Origin: Callorhinchus milii
Taxonomy: Eukaryota
DNA: 64,000 nucleotides
Assembly (NCBI RefSeq): GCF_018977255.1
Contig: NW_024704742.1
Span: 63,056,001-63,120,000 of the forward strand
Direction: 5' to 3'
Position 1 is the stretch's first letter; each line of letters opens with the position of its first letter. This document shows, one piece after another, positions 47,832-60,327 of the stretch. The translations under genes and the position numbers were made by a program. The notes under the pieces were generated by a model that ran no database searches, had not been told where the DNA came from, and saw only the letters and a list, made by a program, of their open reading frames with translations.

Positions 47832-49576
47832 GTGTTAATAGGAATTGATACATCGTTTTCACATGGACAACGTTATATACCACACAAACTCATAAGATGT
47901 GGACTCTGACCTAAAATCTCACATGAGCTGAAGTCTGTGATTCACAGAGATTTCTGTAGGGCCAAATTGGTACTTTGGAGGTACTTTTTCAGGTGACTAA
48001 GAAGCAGTGATATCATTTCGCACAAAATTTCAAAATGGCCATAAATCTATTTCATATTTAACAATTTATCACTGGAAAAAATAAAGGGTTCCTCCGTAAA
48101 GTGTGTCAGCTGGCACAGTTCGAGTCATTTTGATGTGATGTGGTGCTACATCAAATGCAAAACTCTTTATTATTTGCAGCATGCGCTTTTCACTGTTTGA
48201 AATGGCAGGTTGGAAGTGTTATTGAGGTTTACAGTTTGTTTATGAATTTAATGCAAAAGTTTCCATCTCACTCATTACTGCTAGACTGACTTATGAAGTC
48301 CCTGGCCTAATCATTGAAATGATCCAAAATTCCCATGGGAAAGGCACAGCAAAAACTGGTAATAAACCAGAAATCCCCACTGTAATCAACTCAGAAAAAC
48401 ATAGAGATCTTTTAAAATTAGCAGCGGATTTCCCTCACGTAATTTCCATTATTGTTAGTCAACCAAGGGAGATGTGTTGAATTTTGCCTTTCTGTTTTTT
48501 TGTGCTGACAGAAACAGAAGGTTGTTTATTACGCGTTAAACTAATTTAATGATGGTGACAGATGCTCAGGGAGGCTTGTAACTACTGATTACCCTTTCTG
48601 AGAATGACAAGTGTTACTTGTCCTTCCATTCCTGATACGAAAATAACATGCTTCATTAGACATTGACATTTGCTGTGGATGATTGATAATATCACCCATG
48701 GATTACTATCAGGATCCTCACTGCATACTTTTTTTCCATTCATGAAAACTGTATTCCATGAGTGTCGATGTGATATTGTGGGACGGGAAATATTATTCAC
48801 GTTGATAAATGGATTTCCGTCTATATATCATAGTTCACCAAGACTGCTCACCCTTGTTTACTGAGAATTGGGCAAAATCCAGCCTCATTGGAAATGGGAC
48901 TTTACCATTACTAAAGATTAGGTGAGCAATTTACATGTGCTGAGGCGAGCTGCAGACTAGGTCTAAACTGTAGTCAAGCGAGTGATGTGCATGCATCGGT
49001 CAATGTCCTTGAACTAACTGGATCTGACATGAAGGATTTCGCATTTGGCACTGTCAAAATTGCTTCTTGGAGGATTGTGTTATTCATGGACATTTTATTT
49101 TGCTGACCAACAAAATTAAGGACTTGCTTTGTTGCACTCCACCTTTCATGATCACAGCTTCCTATGTGTACAGACACCCCTAATTATTTCTACTGGGTGG
49201 TTCTGACTCTTAATACTTCCTTTGCAGCCACAATTATTTAGCAGGTTTAAGGCAGTGTGATTATGATGGATGTCAATGATAACAGGAGATTAGCTTGAAA
49301 GTTTCAGGGATGAGTGCGCACTGACATATCCTTTAAGAGACATCACTCAGATGATTACAACTTCCACTCCTTCAGATATTTTTTTCAAGTTTAGAGTAAA
49401 TTGCTGTGGGTCAGTTACATTATGTAGTTTGCAATGGTTTCAATGTTGAGTTAGTATAGATTCTGAAGTGTGCCAAGACAGAAAAACAAGAGGACAAGGG
49501 TTTATGTTTGCAAAGGATAATATCAGGATAGACAACAGGAAGTATTTCTTTACCCAGAGGTAGGCAATTGATGACC

Positions 49577-49891
49577 ATAATAATAATAATAATTCTTGCA
49601 TTTAATAGAGCGCTTTTCACATCTTCTTGATGTCTCAAAGCGCTTCACAGAATAGACTGTAAAGTGAATTGACTGTATATTTGTGGGCGAAACGCGGCAG
49701 CCAGTTGCACACAGCAGTGTCCCACAAACAGTCGTGGATTGAAGTGACCAATTTATTATTGTTTTGTTTTGGAGGGATTATATTAGGCATGTGGAGTAAG
49801 GAAACTGGCCTAAGGTTTCGCCCTGCTGGGAATTGAACCCAGGTGTCTCGCTTGTAAGGCGAGTGCTCTAACCACTGAGCTACAGGACTCC
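49577..49891 (-). mobile_element. Full-length tRNA-Ala SINE type A inserted in a plus-strand CR1 3' fragment (~49445-50030)
   Basis: Complete head to (TTA)n tail; CR1-like sequence on both sides. Confidence 0.92.
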
Positions 49892-50486
49892 ATGGGACCA
49901 GAATAGGAAGGGTGATTGAGCCACGGTGCTGGATTGATTTAAGATAGAGCTTGATGTTGTAAAGGAAGGAAGGTAGGGTGGCTCATTTAGGAAGAATGAG
50001 ATCAAATGGGTCTAAGGGCCTTCTTCATTCAAATTAATTTTACAACATTATGTATAACATTGTATATAACATCTCTGTTCCAGCATAAGGTAAGATGTAC
50101 GGTTCAAGAATCATGACTCAGCTATCCTGATAGCTGAAAGATGCTGCTTGGAGACGTGCAAGGCTTGATTATGAGCATGATAAGGCTTATCTCAGCTACA
50201 TCAGTAGTCAGGAGCGTTAGTGTTATTAGTCTCAGACTAATAAAACTAGTTGTGGCTCCTGGATGCTGGACAATCAAGACTTTCACCCGAATTGTGGATT
50301 GGAATCAGCAGTGGTGGAGGGCAAGGTATGGTGGAAGGGTAACCAAAATCAGTTTTCTTCAGTTTGTAAATGGAAGAAGAGTCTAAATTAAGACCAAATT
50401 TAAGAATGTTCCACAATTCTGTGTGATCTTTAATATTAAGACAAAGTGGTCTTACAGGCTTAGATTAGGTGCAATTGCGGGGCCCT

Positions 50487-50804
50487 TAATAATAATAATA
50501 ATCCTTGCATTTGATATAGCGCTTTTCACGTTTTCTAGATGTCCCAAAGTGCTTCACAGAATATACTGTAAAGTGAATTGACTGTATATTTGTGGGCGAA
50601 CACGGCAGCCAATTGCGCACAGCAATGTCCCACAAACAGTCATGGATTGAAAATGACCAATTTATTATTGTTTTGTTTTTTTGGAGGGATTATTATTAGG
50701 CGTGTGGAGTAAGGAAACTTGCCCAAGGTTTCGCGCTGCCTGGAATTGAACTCAGGTCTCTCGCTTGCAAAGCGATTGCTCTAACCACTGAGCCACAGGA
50801 CTCC
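50487..50804 (-). mobile_element. Full-length tRNA-Ala SINE type A
   Basis: Near-exact reverse complement of 4844-5175; CCCTT on both flanks. Confidence 0.94.
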
Positions 50805-51459
50805 CTTGGTTGTCTGTACTATAATTGCCCATCACAACCTTGAGCCTGCAGTCTCTTGTACTATTTTTGGTTTGCTTTCTTTGTGTCATTTAGTATTTTG
50901 TGTACTACTAGAGGGTCACTTCTAAAAGATAACTCCCTTAATATACTGCTGGCTGTATAATTAATAATAATAATAATAATCATCATCATTCTTACATTTG
51001 GTATAGCGCCTTTCACATTAGGAGGGTGTCCCAAAGCATGTCACAGGATACACGGCAAAGTTATGTGACTGGATGTGTTTGTGGTCAAGCCCGGCAGCCA
51101 AATTACACACAGAATATATGCAATAGTTGAGGTTCAGCCTGACAAAAGCATTGTACAGCTTATGATTACTTCTGGGGGTCTGAACTCGACTAATTTGGAT
51201 TATTTTTTACTTCCTAAAACCATTAACAAGCATCATATTTGAACAGATCTTGTCAGCACTGGGACTGAGGCATATGCATCTAAATCAGACTGGTACCATA
51301 TCCTTCTATCCCCACCCCACCCTCTCCTCCCACCACCAGAACTCTCTCCTTCTATTCCTGTGTCTCATCCTCTCTCTAATTATCTTCAAAAGCCACTTTA
51401 AGAAGCTATCTCTTGGAATATAACTATCATCAACCTCCTCTCTCCCCCTTCTCCTGCTC

Positions 51460-51820
51460 GGTGTCTGACACTATCATTGTACCAACATGCCAGCTGCCTC
51501 CATTCAACAGGCTCTGGCCTGCTCCATGTCTCCCACCCGACCGGCCCTACCATCGGTGACCAGGCTTTCAGCCTCTCTTCCCCCAGAAGAACCCCATCCC
51601 ACGGTTCCTTCATCTCGCTTCCTCCCGTGCCTCCTTCAAGGCCGGTCTTAAGACCCTTCTCTTCGATCATGTCTTTGGTCGCCTTCCCACCTCTCTCCCT
51701 TCCCTCACCCCTACACTAACCCTCCCCCATGTTCGGGTCCCGCCCTGACTTTTCAGCACTTTGGGATGTCCTCCCGACGTGAAAGACACTCTATAAATGT
51801 AATTTTGTTTTTCTTGTTGT
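51460..51820 (+). mobile_element. L2 3' fragment
   Basis: LHSTGSGLLHV..PTIGDQAFS motif; tail GGGATGTCCTCCCGACGTGAAAGACACTCTATAAATGTAA. Confidence 0.85.
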
Positions 51821-52359
51821 AAAGTGCTCTGAGACCTTACTTTACATCAAAGACACTATACGAATGCAAGTTGTAAATAAAGTCAACGCTACTTTTGTTA
51901 TAATATTTAAAGCATCTTTCATTTTTCAGCACGAGATCAGAAGTTTGGATGAAGAAGGCTTTCGGCCCATTTGATCTCGTCCTTCTAGAACACCCACCCT
52001 ACCATCTTCCCATCAAAGCAATAAGCTGCTTTTTAAATGAGTCCAGTGTCCAGGCTTCAACCACATTTCCTGGCAACCTGTTCCAATCATTAATTACTTT
52101 CTGAGTAAAGAAAAACTTCCTTGTAATGTTCCGAAATTTTCCTTCGCGTCTTTAACCCATGTCCTTTTGTTCTACTATCCTGTTGTAACCTAAAGTTATT
52201 CCCATAAAAATAGCCGAGCCTAAGCATTATAAGCAATATTAAATTTTGTGCTGTTCCAATGGGTGTAATTCTGTAAAGGGCTTAAAGCACGAGGGAAGAA
52301 AAACTTTGTGATACATGTCCTGAATTGCCCTTTGCAACTCTAAATCCATGAACTCTTGT

Positions 52360-52737
52360 GGAGTCCTGTAGCTCAGTGGTTAGAGCACTCGCTTTGCAAG
52401 TGCATCCCATGATGCAAGTAACTCCAAGGATGTGGTGTGAGGTGCCAATTTGCATTTAAAGTGCTTTCAATAAATATGAGATCTCAGGGCACTTGGGCAA
52501 GTTTCCTTACTCTACACGCCTAATAATAATCCCTCCAAAAAACAAAAACAATAATAAATTGGTCATTTTCAATCTACGACTGTTTGTGGAACATTGCTGT
52601 GCGCAATTGGCTGCCGCGTTCGCCTCCAAATATACAGTCAATTCACTTTACAGTGTGTTCTGTGAAGTGCTTTGGGACGTCCTCCCGACGTGAAAAGCGC
52701 TATATCAAATGCAAGGATTATTATTATTATTATTATT
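52360..52737 (+). mobile_element. Variant tRNA-Ala SINE with the B-box region replaced by a 91-bp segment (52401-52491)
   Basis: A box and anticodon 5' side present, GTTCAATTCC absent, standard body and tail follow. Confidence 0.9.
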
Positions 52738-53499
52738 TTACTGTCAAAAGTATTGTTCTCGGTTTACTTTTTCAATCTCATATAACATTTTACACAGAAT
52801 TGTAGGGCTTGTTCTCCAGCTGGATTTCTGCTCCGTCAGAAAAGAGATTCAAAAGCCAGGTTTTATGTCACATTGACCGATGGCCTGTATGCATTTGGGG
52901 TATTCTCTGTGTACTGCAGAGCTTGCTATCCAAGATTAGATAAGTGGTCCAATAAATGAGCCACTGCAGCCACTTTATCTAAAAGAAAATACCCATCAGT
53001 GGCATTGCACGGGCATATTAGGAATGAGAGATGAGCCACTACGCCACCTGGAGACACATTTACAATACGTGCATGCACACAGCATGAGAATAGTCATTAT
53101 ACAGGTGCACAATGCTAATACACCAGATTTTCAAGACCTAAGATTTTATCCACAATGTTGACATGGTATTTGTGCAGCTCAGCTTCATTATCTAGCAGCT
53201 TGCCCTGCTGTGGATTCGAGCTCCTTTATTTCTAACAACAATGAACTCCATCTGCTCCTTCAGCTGTTTCCTTTGGAGCTACTTACTGGAACTGAGAAAA
53301 ATCAAGTGTTATACAGCAAATATTTGCTTCGACAATAAAATACCAGATCATCATTACAAAACTTTTACAAAATGACAGATGAAAACCCAGCCATAAAGAC
53401 TATTAAAATGTGATTCAATAAAAAAAATGGAATTAAACCAACAGCTTGCATTTATACAGCGTGTTCACCAAAGGAGAATAATAATCCCCGCACTTGATA

Positions 53500-53861
53500 T
53501 ATAATATAACAATCCTTGCATTTGGTATAGCACCTTATCACATCTTCGAGACGTCTCAAAGCGCTTCACAGAATATATGGTAAAGTGAATTGACTGTACA
53601 TTTTGTGGGCGAAACGCAGCAGCTAATTGCACACAGCAGTGTCCCACAAACAGTCGTGGATTGAGTTACCAATTTATTATTATTATTTTTTGAAGAAATT
53701 ATTACTACCGGAAATGCAAAGCACCAATCGACTAACAACCAGTTCCTACTTACTGCTAGGTAAACAGAGGCTTGTTGAGTAAGGAAACTTGCCCAACATT
53801 TCATCCTACTGGGAATCGAACCAAGGTCTCTCACTTGCGAGGCGAGTGCTCTAACCACTGA
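53500..53861 (-). mobile_element. tRNA-Ala SINE long type B
   Basis: Reverse complement of a 45149-45522-like element. Confidence 0.9.
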
Positions 53862-54340
53862 GATAACCACAGCTATAGCACCTTTTCATTTCGCCGAGAT
53901 GTCTCAAAACTGTTTCTCAGGATGTTTACCATGAAGTGCAGTGACTGTGTATTTGTAGGTGAATTTACACAATAAAAATAATTTGGTCACTCAATCCCCG
54001 ACTGTGGAATACTGCTGTGCGCAATTGACTCTTAAGTTTTACTCACAAAATATACTGTCAATCCACTTGATAATATATTCTGTGAAATGCTTTGAGACGT
54101 CTCCACTATGTGATAAGACGCTATATTAAATGAAAGGAATATTATTATTACAGTAATGTCCCACATAAGCCATCCGGTGAATGAGTTTTTGTTGGCCTCC
54201 TCTTTCCCTTCTCTTTCTGAATAGGGATTTGGGACTTTAACATCAGCCTGAACAAGCAGAACGGACCTCGGTTTAATGTCTCATCTAAACAGTAGTACCT
54301 CCAACAATGCAGTACATCCCCACGACTACATTGGTTAGAC

Positions 54341-54972
54341 CAGTGGTTAGCAAACAAATGTTTCTGATGGCCTCAGTGTGTGGCCTTCAACCCTTACTCG
54401 TGGTTGCATTGCTAGTTTTACCTAAAAATACTTTATCATATGAAAAATAAAGGAAACATAGACATATGCACATCTCAAATAATTTTTATTTATTCCTCTA
54501 CACTTGACAAACCACATTAGAGAAACTACATATTTGCACAAAACCTTGCACAGACAAGAACAAGATTAGAACAGCACAATAAATGAAAACCATTTTAGAT
54601 TTGCATACAAATTATTATGGTTTTCATTTATTCTGTACATTTGACAAACCACATCCGAGAAAACCCTTTTTTCACAAAACCTCGCACAGACAATAACAAG
54701 AGCAACACAATAAATGAAAACCATTTGAGATATGCGTAAAAATTATTATTAGGGACCAGAATTGTCAGTACAGTTGTAATCAGCTTAGTGGTTAAGAGCT
54801 GTTATCGCTTTGCACAATTAGCGTTGCATTGACTAAAGCTGGACAATAGCAGCTGCACAGCTCTTGCAGTGGTGGGGGCATGGTGGTGGGGGTCTTGTGG
54901 GGGGCAGCTGCTGTGGCTGGACAAAATTATAGTCTGATTGCATACAGTCTCAGAAACATTTGAGAAACACTG
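54341..54972. mobile_element. Non-autonomous hAT (Charlie-like) DNA transposon inserted in a minus-strand Deu-SINE (~54150-55050)
   Basis: Termini CAGTGGTTAGCAAACAAATGTTTCTGA and TCAGAAACATTTGAGAAACACTG; 8-bp flanks GGTTAGAC (54333-54340) and GTTTAGAC (54973-54980); SINE resumes after it. Confidence 0.85.
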
Positions 54973-56059
54973 GTTTAGACCGTGAGTTCAAAGTCCAAGT
55001 ATAGGAGCTTGAACCCATAACTTTCTAATTCAGAGGCAAGAGTGCTACCAATCAAATGGGGAATGCTTTATAAGGGGTGGATGTGAAACAGGCCTAGATT
55101 TACGGAGCAAAGAGTTGGGCTGGAGTAAATTGCAGAGGCACACATGGGGCAAGGTCTAAGGACAAAGTCTGTTCGGTACATTCTTCGAAATAGTGTATTT
55201 AACAAATGTGATTTTGTAAATAGGGAATGGTCAATCCACTTCAATACTGTTTTCCATCCTGGCATTTGACATGAAAAATTTGATAGGGAATCATGACACA
55301 TTGTCAAAACTTCCACCAAAATCACATATCATATTTGCAACCCCATTTATCTCATAGGCACATTTAATAAGAATTATTAACACATTGTTTCTTCTTTATA
55401 AATGTCACTCCTTGAGAGGATGGAACACAGTGGGTATTGCTTTTTTCTGGGATGTTTTTCTCTTTGCAACACAGCGAGACTGCTTTCCTCCACCTCCCCC
55501 ATGGAGGATGTTTTTTACACTTTGTATATTTTATTGACCTGGATATGGCTAAGGACTTATGAGTGTAACGGCTTCTTGTGGTATACAACCTTTCACAACA
55601 GGAGGATGTCTCAAAGCACTTTGCAATCTGTACTGCAAAACACAGCAGCCAATTTACACACAGGAATGACCCACAAACAGCCATTAAGTAATGACTAATT
55701 TCCTCTGGGGCATTGTTGGTCACAACAACAGGAGCTATTTCATTCTCTTTTCAAATTGTGCCATTAACATTCACCTGAACAGACAGATGGGACAAAAGTG
55801 CTGAAACCACTGGGAACAGACCCTTCATAGGTCCATTGTGATTTGAGCCAAGAAACTTTAATTCTAAATTCAGTGCTCCTCAGAGCTCCTCAGTTACACA
55901 GAATTTCTTAATAAGGGATCTTAGTCACTGAAAAGTTAACGCCTATCATTTGTCAGATACATATTATGCTAATTCAGGGAATTTTCCTTGATGCAGTTCT
56001 CATTGGGAGGTGGTGGTGTGTGTGTGTCTGGAGGAGGAAGGCATGGAAATTCTAACAGG

Positions 56060-56340
56060 ATTTAAGATAGTTCAAAAATAAGTAAATGCTGAGGTTAGGG
56101 GAATTTCTTCACACGCAGAGTAGTTAGGATATAGAATATCTTGCTGATAACAATGGCTGAACCAGAATCCACATTAGCTTTCAAAATGGAAATAGATAAT
56201 ACCTAATAGAGAGTAAGCTACATGGGTTATGGTGAAAAGGCAGATAAATGGAACTGAAACAATCACTTTTAAAAGAGCCAGCAAAGACACAAAGGGGTGA
56301 ATAGCTTTCTCTGTGCTGCAAATTTCTACGGTTCTATGAT
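56060..56340 (+). mobile_element. CR1 3' end fragment
   Basis: TTCTTCACACGCAGAGTAGTTAGGATAT and terminal TTCTACGGTTCTATGA. Confidence 0.8.
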
Positions 56341-57094
56341 TTATTATAAGAAATCCCATTAAGAAATATCACATATTAGAATCTCTGCTGCCTCATTGCA
56401 TGGTCATTCTTTACCAACAGGTAAGATAATTTGCATAAAGGATAATTTTTCTGTTTGGAGACATTATGGCCTTGAATTAATTTATTAAGAAACTTTATTT
56501 AAAATATTATTGTCTATTTCCCAGCTTCCTCCTCAGTCTTTGCTTGAACAATTCCCCAGCAGTCGATTAAGTAGGCAGTTTGCAGATATTAACATAATTA
56601 ACTTGTTGTCAGTGACTAATTGCTACACAGTGCAAATATACATCAGTATTCAGAAAAATAATGTACGAAATAAAACCAGCAATTTGGCAGCTGCCTTTCA
56701 ATGCATCGACTTTCATATAAAAGAATAGTTTTGCATAATTGCTGTTTCACAAGGACTCTGACTTCATTGTAATAGCTGTTTGCTGAATGGCAGCATTGAA
56801 AATATTTTATTGAGTAACGGCTGAACTTTGAAGGCTGAAAATCTCCACTGGTCAGATCTATGCACATGATGTACCATGTTATCCCTTTTTCTTGTTGAGA
56901 GGGTGCACCCTGCAAACAGGAAAAAATTAGGAGCTCAGACACAAAGGTGATGTTAGGCTGAACTGTGCACTTGAAATGCAATGCTAGGGGAGCGCTGTTT
57001 TGTTGGAGGTGCTACCCTTCGGATGAGACAATAAACAAATGTCTCGTCTGCCTGTTATGATGGACATCAAAAATTTCACAACACTATTTGAAAA

Positions 57095-58412
57095 TCAACT
57101 TAGCTCACACTTCTCCCTCCACTCCCTACTCAAACCCCTCCAGGACGGTTTTCACCCTGCCCATAGCACAAAGACAGTGCTCGTCAAAGTAGCATATTAC
57201 GTCCTCTCTCTCTGTGACCAGAGCTCCCTCTGTCTCCTCGTTCTCCTGGATCTCTTCACAGCGTTCAACACAGTCAATCACACCATCCTTCTCCACCACC
57301 TCTTGTCCCTCATCCACCTCAGTGGGACTGCACTCGCATGGTTTGAGTTCTACTTAACAAACTGCCAACAATACATCTCGGCAAATGTTTATTCCTCCCA
57401 ACCCCACCCGGTCAACTGCGGGGCACCCCAAGGCTCCATTCTAGGCCCCTTTCTTTTCCTTATCTACATGCTCCCTTTCGACAATGTCACCTCGCAGACA
57501 TGGGGTAAACTTCCACATGTATGTGGATGATACACAAATTTCCTGATGTCCTGTCAGTTTGTTTGACGGGCAACAAGGCTTAGATGAGCGCAAATTTCCT
57601 GCAGCTGAATATCAGCAAGACAGAAACCATATTACTCCTGTCAACATCCTCTTTCCTGCAGATCTGAACTCCTCAACCTCCCTGGGCCCTCCCTCAGACT
57701 CATCAAAGCCATGGACAACTTAGACGTCAGATTCGATCCACAGCTTTCCTTTCTACCCCATATCTGTTCACTGACCAAAACCACATTTTTCCACCTGCAC
57801 CCCATTGCCCGCCTCCGTCCGTGCCTCACAACCAAAGCAGCCAAAACCCTCGTCCACCCCTTTGTCACTTCCCAGCTGGACTATTCCAATGCCCTCCTCG
57901 CTGGTCTTCACCGTACACAAATTCAATAATTTCAAAACTCTGCAGCCTAGATACTCACCCACATAGAACTCCGTACCCTCATCACACCAGTCCTTGGCAG
58001 GTCTCACTGGATCGATTTTAAGATCCTCTCACTCATTTCCAGATCCCTTCAAGCCTTCGAACCTCCCTACCAATCTGATTGCTATACCCCATGTCTGCGA
58101 GATGACCCCCTACTCAACTATCCACTGCCTTCACTCAGCTGGCTCAGGCCTCCTGTTTATCCGTCATCCTTTCCCCTCCACAATCGATGGCCATGCCTTG
58201 AGTCATTACCCTCCAATACACTAGAGCTTTCTCCCTCAATCCATCCTCCTTGCCCCCTCATTCCTTACCTTCAAATCCCACTTAAAGACCTTTCTTTTTA
58301 ATCGTGTTTACAGTCACCTCTCCCTTCTCTCTCCCCCTAGCTCAACGTCAGACGCCACCACTGTCAAGCACTCCAGGATGCTCCCCTGCTGTATAAATGC
58401 AAGTTGTCGTTG
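57095..58412 (+). mobile_element. L2 LINE, longest copy in the window (RT core to tail), disabled
   Basis: QDGFHPAHSTKTVLVKV, LVLLDLFTAFNTVNH, GAPQGSILGPFLFLIYM, YVDD-coding [22 protein letters not shown], then L2 tail; preceded by a Deu-SINE piece at ~56955-57092. Confidence 0.93.
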
Positions 58413-58721
58413 CTAAAAGTATTAGATGTATCTATTGGGCTGCTGATAGAGTGGCACTATGTAAATACAAATTGTTGTTGTATTTGCAACCATGATTAGA
58501 GAGGTGGTTACATGGAATTTAAAAGAGCTTCCACTATTAAAAAATCATGGAACAGGCTGTGCCTATGTTCCTACAGTTATTCCCAATTTTGTTTTCCTTG
58601 CAAATGTATTTACCTGCAACATACACAGTGCCTGCACTGTATAGTAAATCCTGTGAAGTATTTTGACACATCCTTCTGATGTGAACAACGTTACTTTGAA
58701 GTGCTCCGAGATGTTATAAAA

Positions 58722-59055
58722 ATAATAATGATCCTTATATTTGATATAGTGTCTTATCAAGACGTCTCAAAGTGCTTCATAGGATTTACTGTATTTTATG
58801 GGCGAAAGGCACCAGCACCAGCTAGTTTCCGCACAATGTACACAAACAAAATGTGCGACATTTTAACGTCCACCTGAACAGACAGGACCTCGGTTTAATG
58901 TTTCTTCTGAAGAATGGCATTTCCAACAATGAAATACACCACTCAGCGTTGCATTGAATGTCAGCTTAGACTATGTAATTCCAAGATTCAACTTGGGACT
59001 TGAACCCGTGGCTTCTGACTCAGCAGTAAGAGTGCTACCACAGAGCCAGGCTAAT
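58722..59055 (-). mobile_element. Deu-domain SINE, internally deleted
   Basis: TTTAACGTCCACCTGAACAGACAGGACCTCGGTTTAATG core and head on minus strand. Confidence 0.8.
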
Positions 59056-59961
59056 ACACCTACTGAGGCAGGCTGAGACACATGAAGGGTGCCTTGTTAT
59101 TGTTATGCCAAATGCAATAGAATTATCATCATTATTGTTCAGTGTTACTGGCTGTCAGCCTGCCCATGTAGTGAGAGATCCATCCTTGGACTCTCTATCA
59201 ACAGCTGTTCTCTTGACCCCAGTGAATCTTTGACCTTTCACTTTCTTATGTTCCTGACAAGTAATTGCAATCTTTGCGAAACAATCAGCAAGAACAAATT
59301 CCAAAAATGCTGGGAATAGCATCAGTGAGATATCAGCCTCGGTCAGGTGGTAGGACTCTCGCCTCTGAGTCAGGTATTGTGGATACAAGCTCCATGTTGG
59401 GACATTTAACTCATATAGTCTAACCCAAATAGTCAATGCAGAGTGTGTTTTACACTTTATATTACATCCTGTAAAGTACTTTGAGCCACTCTCCTGACAT
59501 GAAAAGCGCTCTATCAAATGCAAATATTATTATTAATACACTCAGCTTGCATCAGGAATGAAATCCAATCTACTTTCTTTTGTCAGATTAGTAACAATAA
59601 TTTTCATTTTCATATCTCATGGTGCTTTACTTGGATAGTGTGGTTTAAATACAAGTAAATAGAGAAAACTTAGGGCTGAAAGTAAGTAGCAAGCATCTTC
59701 CTAAAGGTCTCAGTTTGACTCGGTTGTTAGCACTCTCATGTCTGAGTCAAAAGGTTGTAGGTTCATGTCCTGTATTGGGGACTTTGAGCTCAAAGTTTAG
59801 GTTGGCACCCAAGCACATTTTTGGAGATGCTGTATTAAACATGTCTGCTTCCGAAGGTGGGTGTTAAAGAACCCATGACAATGTTTGAAAATCAGTGGGA
59901 GTTTCTCTTAGTGCTCTGGCCACCACTTTGTTGTTAAAATAGTCATTCATGTCCTAGCTAT

Positions 59962-60327
59962 GGAATCCTGTAGCGTATTGGTTAGAGCACTCACCTCGAA
60001 AGCTTGTAACCTTGGATCCTGGTTTGATTCTCAGGCAAGGCGAAACCTTAGGTAAGACTCCTTACTCCACATGCCTTTATTTACCTATCATTGAGTAGGA
60101 ACCCATTTGCTAGTCGTTTTGAGGATCACTTTTCCAGGGCTAATAATCCCCTAAAAAAAATTGGTCACTCAATCCACGACTGTTTGTGGGACACTGCTGT
60201 GCGCAATTGGCTGACACATTTCGCCCACAAAATATAGTCAATTTACTTTACAGTAAATTCTGCGAAGCACTTTGAGACGTCTCAATAACTAGACTCAATC
60301 TTTGCATCAAATGCAAGGAATATTATT
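59962..60327 (+). mobile_element. tRNA-Ala SINE type B nested in a plus-strand Deu-SINE (from ~59705)
   Basis: Degraded head GGAATCCTGTAGCGTATTGGTTAGAGCACTC, type B internal segment and tail. Confidence 0.85.
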
